A DNA stretch of 24,000 bases, from the sequence record KY448244.1. One strand, given 5' to 3'. Below are positions 15,490 to 24,000 of the stretch, piece after piece. Position 1 is the first letter of the stretch, and the number at the start of each line of letters is the position of its first letter. The position numbers and the translations under genes were made by a program. The notes under the pieces were generated by a model, which did no database searches, had not been told where the DNA came from, and was given only the letters and a program-made list of their open reading frames with translations. The DNA is from Erwinia phage vB_EamM_Yoloswag.

Positions 15490-17523
15490 ATGGCCGTTAA
15501 AGAAAAGAAGGCTAAGCCCGCTAAGATCAAGAAGGGCAGCGGCTCGCAAGAAGGCTTCGAAATTTTAGAGGGCTTGGCGGGAATTCGTGCCAACCCTGGA
15601 ATGTATATGGGGCAACGTGGTGCGGACATGGCATATCGTGCTGTGAAAGAACCTGTTGATAATGACTATGATGAATATATCGCTGGGCGTAACAAGCTGA
15701 TTGAGGTTATCATCGATTATGATAATGACCTGAACATCGTAGCCGACCAAGCTGGTGGTATTCCTACCGACTTCAAGAAGCTGAAAGACGGTTCGAAAGA
15801 AACAATAATGACCGCAGCGTTTAGTCGTGTTCATGCTGGTGGCAAGTTTAACGATCAAGCATACAAAACATCTGCGGGTACTCACGGCGTCGGTGTTGCG
15901 GCACTGAATGCTATCTCAGATCGTTTGCGCGTCTGGTCGATGTACAAAGGCAGTTGTGCCTATCAAATGTGGGAGAAGGGTGAAGTCAAGTCTGGCAAAG
16001 ACCCGAAGAAAGTCAAGTCTATCGATAAAGATGTGATGGACCTGCTGAAAGATAAAAAGCATAGCAAGTACGGAACCGTTGTTGCATGGACGCTTGATCA
16101 GACCGTTGTATCTGCCGATGTTATGCGCGGCAAGAAGCTACCGAAGAACTATCGTCATGCACGACCTGAGCCTAAGCAATTAGCAACATGGCTCAAGAAC
16201 ATGGCAATGCTTAACCCTGGCCTTGAGATTCGTCTCAGCTTGATTGCCAAAAAGAAGCGCAAAGACTTTGTGTTTCTCAACAAGAAAGACCTTGCGTTTG
16301 TTGTTAAGCAAATGTGTGAAGAACGTGAGCTTGGTACTACAGGCAAACCGTTTGTATTTAAGCATGACAACATCACAGCGACAATGATCTGGACTGATCA
16401 TGCCGACACTGATAACTTCTTATCTTTCGTCAACACAAGCCCGACACTTGATGGTGGCTGGCATGTTGTAGGTTTCCGTGATGCGTTATTTACTGCTATC
16501 AAGCCGTACATGAAAGCGACGAAGGGCAAAGGTAAAAAGCAGGGCTTCAAGCAAGAAGACTTGTTGATTGGTCTGACGGGCATGTTTGACTGGCGTATGC
16601 ATGGCGCTCAATACACCTCACAGGTCAAAGACAAGCTAGCCAGCCGCGTCGAGAAAGAAGTGTATGACCTGATGTTCCCTCAGCTTGAGAAGTATTTCAA
16701 GGACAACAAGAAAGTTGCCAGCATGATCATCAAGCGTGCCGAAGCGATGAACAAGGGACGTGAAGAACTTAGTGCTGTTGTGAAGTCGATGGCTGACACG
16801 AAGAAAAAGCTGAAAGGCAACGCACTGCCTGCTGACTTGATCACAGCCAATCGTTGCAAACCACATGAGCGTGAACTTATCGTAGTAGAAGGGGACTCTG
16901 CTGGCGGTACTGCGAAGCACGCGCGTAACCCTGACTATCAGGAAGTAATGCTTGCTGGCGGTAAACCTCTGAACGGTCTGAAAGCAAGTCTGGCTGACGT
17001 GCTCAAGCACAAAGAAGTGCAGGGCATGTTGATCTCTATCGGTGCTGACTTGAAAACACTTGACCCGAAAGCAGAGAACCCTGTGTTGAAAACTGACAAG
17101 CTGCGTATCGGTAACTTGATGTTCCTGATGGATGCTGACCCAGATGGATTCCACATTGCAACCCTGTTTCTTGGTGTTATCTATCGCTTGCTGCCTGACT
17201 TGATGAAAGAAGGTCGTGTGTGGATTATCGATAGTACCCTGTACAACGTAATCTACAAGGGCGTGAACTATGGCGGTATGACGTTTGAAGAATGTCGCGC
17301 ACTTGCACCTGCTGCTGTAAAAGATCGTGATATTGTTCGTGCTAAAGGTTGGGGTGAAGTTGAACCAGCAACGCTTGAGGCAATCGCATTCAATCCGAAG
17401 ACTCGTCGTTTAATCAGAATCAATCCGTTCGAGAACGTCGAGCAAGAGCGTTTCTTCCGTGGTGTATTAGCAGAAGACGCCGTACATCGTCGTCGTTTAC
17501 TTGGACTTGAGGACGCAGCATAA
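15490..17523 (+). CDS. type II DNA topoisomerase large/ATPase subunit (GyrB/ParE/T4 gp39-like)
   Basis: GHKL-type EPVDNDYDE, GTHGVGVAALNA, Toprim EGDSAGGTA and MDADPDG motifs; GGAGAG SD before ATG 15490. Confidence 0.93.
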   Translation: MAVKEKKAKPAKIKKGSGSQEGFEILEGLAGIRANPGMYMGQRGADMAYRAVKEPVDNDYDEYIAGRNKLIEVIIDYDNDLNIVADQAGGIPTDFKKLKDGSKETIMTAAFSRVHAGGKFNDQAYKTSAGTHGVGVAALNAISDRLRVWSMYKGSCAYQMWEKGEVKSGKDPKKVKSIDKDVMDLLKDKKHSKYGTVVAWTLDQTVVSADVMRGKKLPKNYRHARPEPKQLATWLKNMAMLNPGLEIRLSLIAKKKRKDFVFLNKKDLAFVVKQMCEERELGTTGKPFVFKHDNITATMIWTDHADTDNFLSFVNTSPTLDGGWHVVGFRDALFTAIKPYMKATKGKGKKQGFKQEDLLIGLTGMFDWRMHGAQYTSQVKDKLASRVEKEVYDLMFPQLEKYFKDNKKVASMIIKRAEAMNKGREELSAVVKSMADTKKKLKGNALPADLITANRCKPHERELIVVEGDSAGGTAKHARNPDYQEVMLAGGKPLNGLKASLADVLKHKEVQGMLISIGADLKTLDPKAENPVLKTDKLRIGNLMFLMDADPDGFHIATLFLGVIYRLLPDLMKEGRVWIIDSTLYNVIYKGVNYGGMTFEECRALAPAAVKDRDIVRAKGWGEVEPATLEAIAFNPKTRRLIRINPFENVEQERFFRGVLAEDAVHRRRLLGLEDAA

Positions 17524-17744
17524 TGAAAAACAAACACATGACGTTTCCAGTCGTTAAGGGAACCGAGCGTTGGCCTGTGCCTTTGTTTGATATTCCAGAC
17601 ATGCATATCGGTATAGAGCTGACTTCTGAACAACGTAATGCAATGGACTGCGCTGTATCTAAGCTGCGCCAGTTGTCAAAAGATCGCGACTTCTGTACAA
17701 AATACGGCACCAAGTTCGTAGCCTCTCAAGGAGATTCATTTTGA
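17523..17744 (+). CDS. small hypothetical protein (73 aa)
   Basis: TAATG overlap with the topoisomerase gene. Confidence 0.65.
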   Translation: MKNKHMTFPVVKGTERWPVPLFDIPDMHIGIELTSEQRNAMDCAVSKLRQLSKDRDFCTKYGTKFVASQGDSF

Positions 17745-17995
17745 ATCGCTTTCAACAGCACATCAAAAACATGCCTGAGTCAGAATCGCCTTATCTGACT
17801 CGTCGCGTAGCACCAGAGTCTCAAACTGTTGTGACACACAGTAACGGTATTACTCGCGGCGTGACACGCATGGCTTATCCTCAGCTACAGCAAATTCCAC
17901 GCGTCAACCTCGACCTCACAGCACTGCGCGGTCTGAAAGTGCGCCACATCGATATTAACTTGACTGAACAACTTTTCATTCAGTCACATTCGTAA
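17741..17995 (+). CDS. small hypothetical protein (84 aa), TTG start
   Basis: AAGGAG SD well spaced from TTG 17741. Confidence 0.65.
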   Translation: MNRFQQHIKNMPESESPYLTRRVAPESQTVVTHSNGITRGVTRMAYPQLQQIPRVNLDLTALRGLKVRHIDINLTEQLFIQSHS

Positions 17996-18006
17996 GAGAT
18001 TAGCCC

Positions 18007-19632
18007 ATGGCCAAAGCAGCAAAGCCAGTTAAGATTAAAAAGAAATCGACCGCCGTTGCAACGAAAGCTGTTGCGCTTGATACAATCAAGAAGAAGAAAA
18101 AGAAAACAGAGGTAACAGCATCAACGTCCTCAATCAAGTCACTGTACATGATGAAGGACCAAGACGAGTCATTGATTCGTGATGAAGGTCTCAGTGACTA
18201 CACAGCACGCGCTTTAAAAGTATACGGTTCATACGTTGTAGAAGACCGAGCTATCGCTGACTATCGTGATGGTCTCAAGCCTGTGCATCGTGCTATCTTG
18301 TGGTCACTGAGTGACTTAGGGCTTCGTCCAGGAGGCGGCTTCAAGAAAGCAGCACGTACCGTTGGTGATGCGCTTGGTAAGTATCATCCACACGGCGATG
18401 CAGCATGTTATGGCGCTATGGTCACGATTGCAAACACAGTGCCACCAGCAGTTGCTGGCTCTGGTAACTGGGGTGACCCTGTAACACCCGCCGCGGCAAT
18501 GCGTTATACAGAAGCGAAAATGTCGAAGTTCACAGGGCTGTTCCTGTTGGACAATGACTATCTCGAAGTAACGCCGATGGTAGATAACTTCTCAAACGAC
18601 ATGAAGCTGCCGCTGTATCTTCCTGCTCTGTTGCCTTATATGTTGTTCAACGGTTCAGTACCTCCACCAGCCTATGGCGTTAAGTGTGGTAACCCATCGT
18701 TTAGCTTTACCTCAGTAAGCAAGATCGTTATCGATATGCTGAACGGCGTTGAGTATGACGCGAAGAAGATGGCGAAAGTGCTTGAAGTGCGCCATGAGTT
18801 TGGTTGTGAAGATGTTAGCCCTGACTCGGACTTCTTTGAACTTGTCTCAACGGGACGTGGTAAAGTAACGTATCAACCACTCATGAAGCTCGATGAAAAG
18901 AACCGTACAATCACTGTACAGACCTATGTGCCTGGTGGTTTTGCTAACAATGGTGGTATCACTAAAAAGCTGGAGAAGATAGCAGAGTGGTCTGGTGTTG
19001 TTTCAGCATCGAATGCTAGTGGTGCAAAGAACAAGAATGCCGGGCCTTGGGGCGCAGCGTTTGAAATCAAATGTCGTTGCAGCGAGGACGCCTTATACGA
19101 CATTGCCAAGCAAGTGCAGAAAGAGGTCACTTCAAGCATCAGCTACATGCTGGGCGTAACGATTCGTAATGCAGATGCAGCAAACGCCTTCAAGTATCTG
19201 AACTATGTGCAATACTTCAAAGCGTGGATTGCGTACCGCATCAAACTTGAAGTTCGTATGCTCAAGAACAAGATTGAGAAGGCAGAGAAGCAACTGCACC
19301 TCAATGAAGTATATCTCTGGGCTGTGGACAACATGAAGCAGTTACTTGCTGCCTTGCCTAAAGTGCTGGTAGCAGAAGACCCTGACAAAGCATTGGCTAA
19401 AGCGTGCAAGATACCTCAAGAAGATGCGAAAATCATCCTTGACCGTCAAGTACGCAAGCTGGCCAAGCTGGAACGAGCAGCACTGGTAGCAAAAGTTAAG
19501 GAGCTGAAAGCCGAGATTGCTGGTTACAAGAAGGGACTGAAGGAGCCAGGCAAGTACGCTGCGGCAGACACAGAGCGTCGTGTCAAGCTGTACATGAAAT
19601 CACCAGACGAAAAGATTCCCGTAGCACTCTGA
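18007..19632 (+). CDS. type II DNA topoisomerase DNA-cleaving subunit (GyrA/ParC/T4 gp52-like)
   Basis: YRDGLKPVHRAILW, GKYHPHGDAACYG, AAMRYTEAKMSK (catalytic Tyr). Confidence 0.94.
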   Translation: MAKAAKPVKIKKKSTAVATKAVALDTIKKKKKKTEVTASTSSIKSLYMMKDQDESLIRDEGLSDYTARALKVYGSYVVEDRAIADYRDGLKPVHRAILWSLSDLGLRPGGGFKKAARTVGDALGKYHPHGDAACYGAMVTIANTVPPAVAGSGNWGDPVTPAAAMRYTEAKMSKFTGLFLLDNDYLEVTPMVDNFSNDMKLPLYLPALLPYMLFNGSVPPPAYGVKCGNPSFSFTSVSKIVIDMLNGVEYDAKKMAKVLEVRHEFGCEDVSPDSDFFELVSTGRGKVTYQPLMKLDEKNRTITVQTYVPGGFANNGGITKKLEKIAEWSGVVSASNASGAKNKNAGPWGAAFEIKCRCSEDALYDIAKQVQKEVTSSISYMLGVTIRNADAANAFKYLNYVQYFKAWIAYRIKLEVRMLKNKIEKAEKQLHLNEVYLWAVDNMKQLLAALPKVLVAEDPDKALAKACKIPQEDAKIILDRQVRKLAKLERAALVAKVKELKAEIAGYKKGLKEPGKYAAADTERRVKLYMKSPDEKIPVAL

Positions 19633-19683
19633 GAAATATCTGTAAATACAAAGAGTTACTAAGAATTTTCGCAGCAAATCTTT

Positions 19684-19744
19684 GGACGAAACGCGGTTGA
19701 GTCGTGCTGCGTTTCGTGTTATACTTAACACTGGAACTACCAGT
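19684..19744 (+). promoter_or_regulatory. candidate sigma-70-type promoter TTGAGT-N17-TATACT with TG extension
   Basis: -35 19697-19702, -10 19720-19725; flanking 9-bp inverted repeat 19686-19694/19709-19717. Confidence 0.65.
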
Positions 19745-19811
19745 AAGGAGAAGAGTAATTTTGCTTTGTTGAAAGTTATTTTAGTAACGTAACTGCACCA
19801 TAAATAACAAT

Positions 19812-19867
19812 CGATTCGCATATGGTAATTTACCTATGTAGAATCGCTAGGGCCGAGTTATGGCTCT
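19812..19867 (+). promoter_or_regulatory. structured 5' leader upstream of the 19896 gene
   Basis: CGATTC-g-CATA-t-GGTA-att-TACC-TATG-ta-GAATCG (19812-19846), then AGGGCC/GGCTCT (19849-19867). Confidence 0.45.
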
Positions 19868-19895
19868 CACTATTATGAGTTAGGAATATTGATCA

Positions 19896-21080
19896 ATGAA
19901 TCAACCCATCATCAGACTTAAAGATATCCTTAACGACGTGATTCAAGGACTTGAATATTTGCGTCAAGGTAAAGAAACCAAGCGTGCCAAATTTGTCGCA
20001 CGTCTGCAACAACCAAAGGAACAGTTGTCTGATTGCCTACGCTCCATTAAAAGTAATGTGTACAAGTCATACCCCAACATTTTAGAGTTACGCGATTCAG
20101 TTCAGGTCAGCGTAACCACCTGCCTATCATTGTCAGAACTTGTTGCCAGCGGAAAAATCAAAGTCCGTCCAGCTCTTGAGAAGATTGCAGAGGTGCAAAC
20201 CAACCTGCAAGCTGATCAAACGCTGTGTGCAGAAATTCTGGAGTACGTCAAAGCTGACGCTACCGAAGAACAAGACGAAGCCAACATGAAAGCTGTTCGT
20301 CGCGATCAACGCGAAGATGCAGCAACGGCCAAGACAGCAAAAGTCCTGAGTCGTTTCAAAGCTACGTATGCACACAAGGTGCCAAAGCAGTTCACAGACA
20401 CCATCAAATTTATTGAACTCCCTGTAATGGCTCGTTTCAGCACGTTGTCGATGAACGCCGATTCGCTTACGCGTATGGGTTTCAAAATCGAAACTGCCGG
20501 ACTTCACTCAACTCCAAGCAGCGACCTCGGCATTATCTTTGAACGCCAGACGCTGTTATTCTTCCGCATGAGCGATGCACGCGAAGCAGCCGAAGAACAA
20601 ATCAAGCGCCACAAGCGCACTGACAGCGTTCAGGTTCGTCGTACAGCAATCATGAAATCGCGTAGCGCAGAGAAGCGTGCTATTCGTAAACTGGAGCGTG
20701 AAGCAGAGGGCCTTCCTCGTCGTCGTCGTTTGCTCATCGATAAACAAATCGGTGATCATCAAGCACGTATTGATGACCTGACCCGTGAGCTAGACAGCAT
20801 GATCGAATCGGTCAAGCAGTCAAACTCGGTAACAAGGGTTGTTCGTCAAATGCGCGGCTCAAACGATCACGCACTACTCAACTATCTCAACACCATACTA
20901 GATGCAATCAACGCCAAGTCCAGCACTGACTACGCCTTGTTTACCACGATGCCGCTTCAAGGTATCATGCGTGACAGCGATGTTTGTGCCGCATGGTTGA
21001 TGCCGAAAGGCGCAATCAAACGCTTACTCCATCACACAGGAGGCGACACTAAACTCCAGAAATGGATGTTGCCTTGGTAA
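19896..21080 (+). CDS. hypothetical protein (394 aa), helical/coiled-coil-like basic central segment
   Basis: Long ORF downstream of the promoter candidate. Confidence 0.85.
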   Translation: MNQPIIRLKDILNDVIQGLEYLRQGKETKRAKFVARLQQPKEQLSDCLRSIKSNVYKSYPNILELRDSVQVSVTTCLSLSELVASGKIKVRPALEKIAEVQTNLQADQTLCAEILEYVKADATEEQDEANMKAVRRDQREDAATAKTAKVLSRFKATYAHKVPKQFTDTIKFIELPVMARFSTLSMNADSLTRMGFKIETAGLHSTPSSDLGIIFERQTLLFFRMSDAREAAEEQIKRHKRTDSVQVRRTAIMKSRSAEKRAIRKLEREAEGLPRRRRLLIDKQIGDHQARIDDLTRELDSMIESVKQSNSVTRVVRQMRGSNDHALLNYLNTILDAINAKSSTDYALFTTMPLQGIMRDSDVCAAWLMPKGAIKRLLHHTGGDTKLQKWMLPW

Positions 21081-21622
21081 TGTCGAAAGACAATCGATTA
21101 CCTGCCGAGTCTAACGGAGCACTGACCAGATGTATTATTTGCGGCCAATTTAGTCGCGCAATACACTGGCATCATACCGTACCTCGCAGTCTGGGAGGAG
21201 AGCTGTCGCTGCAAATCCCTATAGACGGTAACTGTCATACAACGTTGCACGCAAAGGCAGAAGCTGTTGTGAGCCGTTTGAATGGCAAGCGCCGTGAGCC
21301 GGTAGGAGAATTCTGGGCAGACCCAGAAGCCGAACATCGCGCTCAAACTTGGCTTCAAATCTTAGTGGATGCAATGCTGAATCCTCAAGTCATTCCTGGC
21401 CAGAAAGAAATCCTGTTGCCGATGATTAAGGTTCCAGTGGATTTAAGGTTTGAGCTAGAACTTTTAAAGCGAGATACACCTGGCATTACTAATATGAGTC
21501 AGGTCCTCCGCTATTGTATCGAATTTACTTTAAAACAAAAAGGGTTGAAACAACATGAGCAAAAAGACGATGAGCCAAGGCCAAATTCTCGATCTGGTAA
21601 AAAGCGAACTGACCTGTGGTGA
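21080..21622 (+). CDS. HNH-family endonuclease-like protein (180 aa)
   Basis: CIICG...WHHTVPRSLGG...DGNCHTTLHAKAE; start at TAATG overlap. Confidence 0.75.
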   Translation: MSKDNRLPAESNGALTRCIICGQFSRAIHWHHTVPRSLGGELSLQIPIDGNCHTTLHAKAEAVVSRLNGKRREPVGEFWADPEAEHRAQTWLQILVDAMLNPQVIPGQKEILLPMIKVPVDLRFELELLKRDTPGITNMSQVLRYCIEFTLKQKGLKQHEQKDDEPRPNSRSGKKRTDLW

Positions 21623-22418
21623 TTGCCGCGGTCTAACTCGTGATGCACTTTTACCAACAGCCGAGAAACCATGTGCAAGTCAGGGCATTCAAGAAGCGTC
21701 GAAAACGTGTAAACATTTTCGTTCGGACAGCCCAAGTCTTCGTGAGTTGATGACCGATAATGGTGATGCATTAGTTGCCTTGTTTGATTTTTGTGGCAAG
21801 CTTGGTGACAAAGACCTACGCGTTATGGCGGGCATGATGTTGAGTGAAGCACGTACTCGTCGTCATGGTGTGCGTATGGGTCAGCCTGTATTTATTCGTT
21901 ATCGTGGTCGTGAGACTCGCAACTATCTCAACAACTTTATGGCGGCGCGTGTGCTTGATGTGTCAGATACCGAGATTCGTTGTATCAGCGAAAGCGGTGA
22001 AATGATCCTGACTTATCCAAACACTGGCTTTGATGGCCCATCAGTTTACAGCAAGTCCGCATTCAAAGCGATTCGCCGTGACATGATCGACGCAGGCAAG
22101 TTGATTGATCCTGAGAAAGCAATCTCAACAAGCAAACGTTTCCTGCCGGATGAAGCTGACGTTAAGTTCTCAGCACCATCATCGCTGGACGGTGTATCTA
22201 TCCCTCGTATGGACAAAGTTGTTAAAGGTAAAGGCGCGAAGAAGAAAAAGAAAAACAAGAATACCGATACTCTGGTTGATCTCGTTAGTATGATAGAAAG
22301 TGGCATTGACATGGGTGCAGATGTTGATGAGTCAGGTCAAATGGAACTTGGTGAAAACAGTTACAAACGCAAAGTTAAGGTCGGCAAGAACGGCGCAGTT
22401 GACCTAAGCGATCTGTAA
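21555..22418 (+). CDS. hypothetical protein (287 aa)
   Basis: AAAGGG upstream of ATG; 68-nt overlap with the HNH gene. Confidence 0.75.
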   Translation: MSKKTMSQGQILDLVKSELTCGDCRGLTRDALLPTAEKPCASQGIQEASKTCKHFRSDSPSLRELMTDNGDALVALFDFCGKLGDKDLRVMAGMMLSEARTRRHGVRMGQPVFIRYRGRETRNYLNNFMAARVLDVSDTEIRCISESGEMILTYPNTGFDGPSVYSKSAFKAIRRDMIDAGKLIDPEKAISTSKRFLPDEADVKFSAPSSLDGVSIPRMDKVVKGKGAKKKKKNKNTDTLVDLVSMIESGIDMGADVDESGQMELGENSYKRKVKVGKNGAVDLSDL

Positions 22419-22487
22419 CAGACAACAAATCTACTATCAATTGTAACACCGAATATCAATCAACTATTAATTGGATGGACCTTAACA

Positions 22488-23627
22488 ATGTTTGATACAA
22501 ACAATGAGCAGTCTCTTGAAGCGTTTATCTCCCAACGTCTTGCTCTTGATGTGACGAGTGATAGTTTTCGTCGTGTGTTTGCGTCCACTGTTAGATACCT
22601 AGCGTCGGGGTATAAATCGATTGCAGAATATCACCGAGACCTTCAACGTGAAGTTGATTTTAGTCAATTTGAATTCACAGCGGCAGACTTTCGTATTGAA
22701 GTAAGCAGTGTGTGTAATTTTATTCTCAAGATGCGTTTCTACGCACTGGCCTTGTGCCTTGAGCGTGACCCACGTGACGTTATCTATGAGTATGGTCGTT
22801 ATGGCCTGTGTCGTCGTGATGCGATTCTCGCGTGGAACCTGTGTCTCAAAGACAAAGACAGCCGCAAGCAAATTCGCTTGTGTGCAAAAACAAAACATAA
22901 AGGCCTGTGCCGTGATATGGTAACTCATCAAGAGCTACATCATCGCCTGGGTCAAACATCAATATTGTTCGCAGAGCTGCACCGCAACGCAGAGCGACAG
23001 GTACGCAAGAACATGCGCTGGGTAGCAACAGCACACAACATACCTCTGCAAGATCTGACGTGTGATATTATGTGTAAGGTACTGACCAGCTATTATCAGT
23101 GCTTGCCAAACAATTTCACGTTAGGCCACCAGCTCAACTATCTGCGTGCGACCTTGACCAACCGCATTAATAATATGAACAACTATTATGGTGCGGAGAA
23201 ACGTCGTCGTATGCAGAAGGTTGGTGAAGACAAGTATGAGATTGTTGTAATGTCCGACAATCAACTCCAGAAGGCATTCGGTTCAGACGAAGATACCGTC
23301 AGCTATGAATCAATGCTGGGCGAAGATGCACGCGTTCACACAGAGCAGATGGAGAACAGCTTGACCATCAACAAGCTGTTAGACGAAGCAGAAGGAACGA
23401 AACGTCACAAGCTGTACGCAACCGTGTTGGGCCGTGACTGTGCTGACTTCACTGATTACTTGCGAGAGCACGGCATGTTGAAAGAGACCATGTCGTGTGC
23501 CTCTGAGTGGTTGATGGTCAAGCCGTCAACTTTCATCAGAAAGACCTTAGCGCGTTGGCTTGACGTCAACGTAAGTTCTGTAAATACTGGATTAGAGACG
23601 TTGCGTAATGCATTGCAAGCTGCCTGA
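22488..23627 (+). CDS. putative divergent sigma-70-like factor (379 aa)
   Basis: Region 2-like VRKNMRWVATAHNIPLQDLTCDIMCKVLTSYYQ...NYLRATLTNRINN; C-terminal HTH-like LARWLDVNVSSVNTGLETLRNAL. Confidence 0.5.
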   Translation: MFDTNNEQSLEAFISQRLALDVTSDSFRRVFASTVRYLASGYKSIAEYHRDLQREVDFSQFEFTAADFRIEVSSVCNFILKMRFYALALCLERDPRDVIYEYGRYGLCRRDAILAWNLCLKDKDSRKQIRLCAKTKHKGLCRDMVTHQELHHRLGQTSILFAELHRNAERQVRKNMRWVATAHNIPLQDLTCDIMCKVLTSYYQCLPNNFTLGHQLNYLRATLTNRINNMNNYYGAEKRRRMQKVGEDKYEIVVMSDNQLQKAFGSDEDTVSYESMLGEDARVHTEQMENSLTINKLLDEAEGTKRHKLYATVLGRDCADFTDYLREHGMLKETMSCASEWLMVKPSTFIRKTLARWLDVNVSSVNTGLETLRNALQAA

Positions 23628-24000
23628 GGTAAACTCCGATATCGTGATTAACAGCGATCTTGAAAGAGGCGCGTTTGCGTTGTTCAGCCGTAAAGACTTG
23701 GACGACGAGTACAAACGCGCCCTGTTATATATTGTATACAAGACTGTGGCACAACAGTCTAGCGCCATGCAGGTGAAACGCCTGCTGTATGTTATCAGTC
23801 AAAACTATGCGTTGAATCGTGAAGACATTAAGGGTGCTATCAGTGCCCTTCGCTGTTCGACTGCGTTTAACGCGCTTAGTATTTTCACAGCACGCGGCGA
23901 TGAGAACCAGCTTTGTCGCGCACAACAATCTCCAGAGATTAATTCGTGGCTGCAAGCGGTAGAATCAACTTATCCGCACATTAGTCGCATGGTACAGTGA
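23608..24000 (+). CDS. hypothetical protein (130 aa); start uncertain
   Basis: ORF ends with TGA exactly at the window end; overlaps the upstream ORF by 20 nt, no clear SD. Confidence 0.55.
   Translation: MHCKLPEVNSDIVINSDLERGAFALFSRKDLDDEYKRALLYIVYKTVAQQSSAMQVKRLLYVISQNYALNREDIKGAISALRCSTAFNALSIFTARGDENQLCRAQQSPEINSWLQAVESTYPHISRMVQ

Noticed and set aside
15565-17713. Multiple minus-strand ORFs under the topoisomerase gene
   Set aside because: The + strand is unambiguously coding with conserved enzyme motifs; antisense ORFs lack independent support.

Overview
The window looks like 24 kb of a large tailed-phage (probably jumbo myovirus-like) genome. All 26 supportable genes are on the + strand, tightly packed, often with ATGA/TAATG-type overlaps. 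Two products are confidently recognisable: a GyrB/ParE/T4 gp39-like type II topoisomerase large subunit (15490-17523) and a GyrA/ParC/T4 gp52-like DNA-cleaving subunit with the MRYTE active-site motif (18007-19632). There is also an HNH endonuclease (21080-21622) and a divergent sigma-70-like protein (22488-23627, tentative). Several low-complexity proteins are present: three large Asp/Glu-rich proteins (539, 993 and 263 aa), a histone H1-like Lys/Ala/Pro protein, and related basic-tailed proteins. The most unusual signals are non-coding. (1) 1107-1644 is about 540 nt with nested hairpins, each followed by CTTTTTAAA(A/G)C, then a T-arm-like hairpin abutting a predicted H-type pseudoknot just upstream of a ribosome-binding site. 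(2) 2759-2919 is a candidate closed multi-helix RNA. (3) An extended -10 promoter family carries a GGTCAAAA upstream box about 37 nt before the -10, usually followed by a hairpin at the predicted transcript 5' end. (4) An AAATCTGTAAA motif recurs upstream of the acidic/basic protein genes. All family assignments and structures come from reading the sequence by eye; no search or folding software was run.
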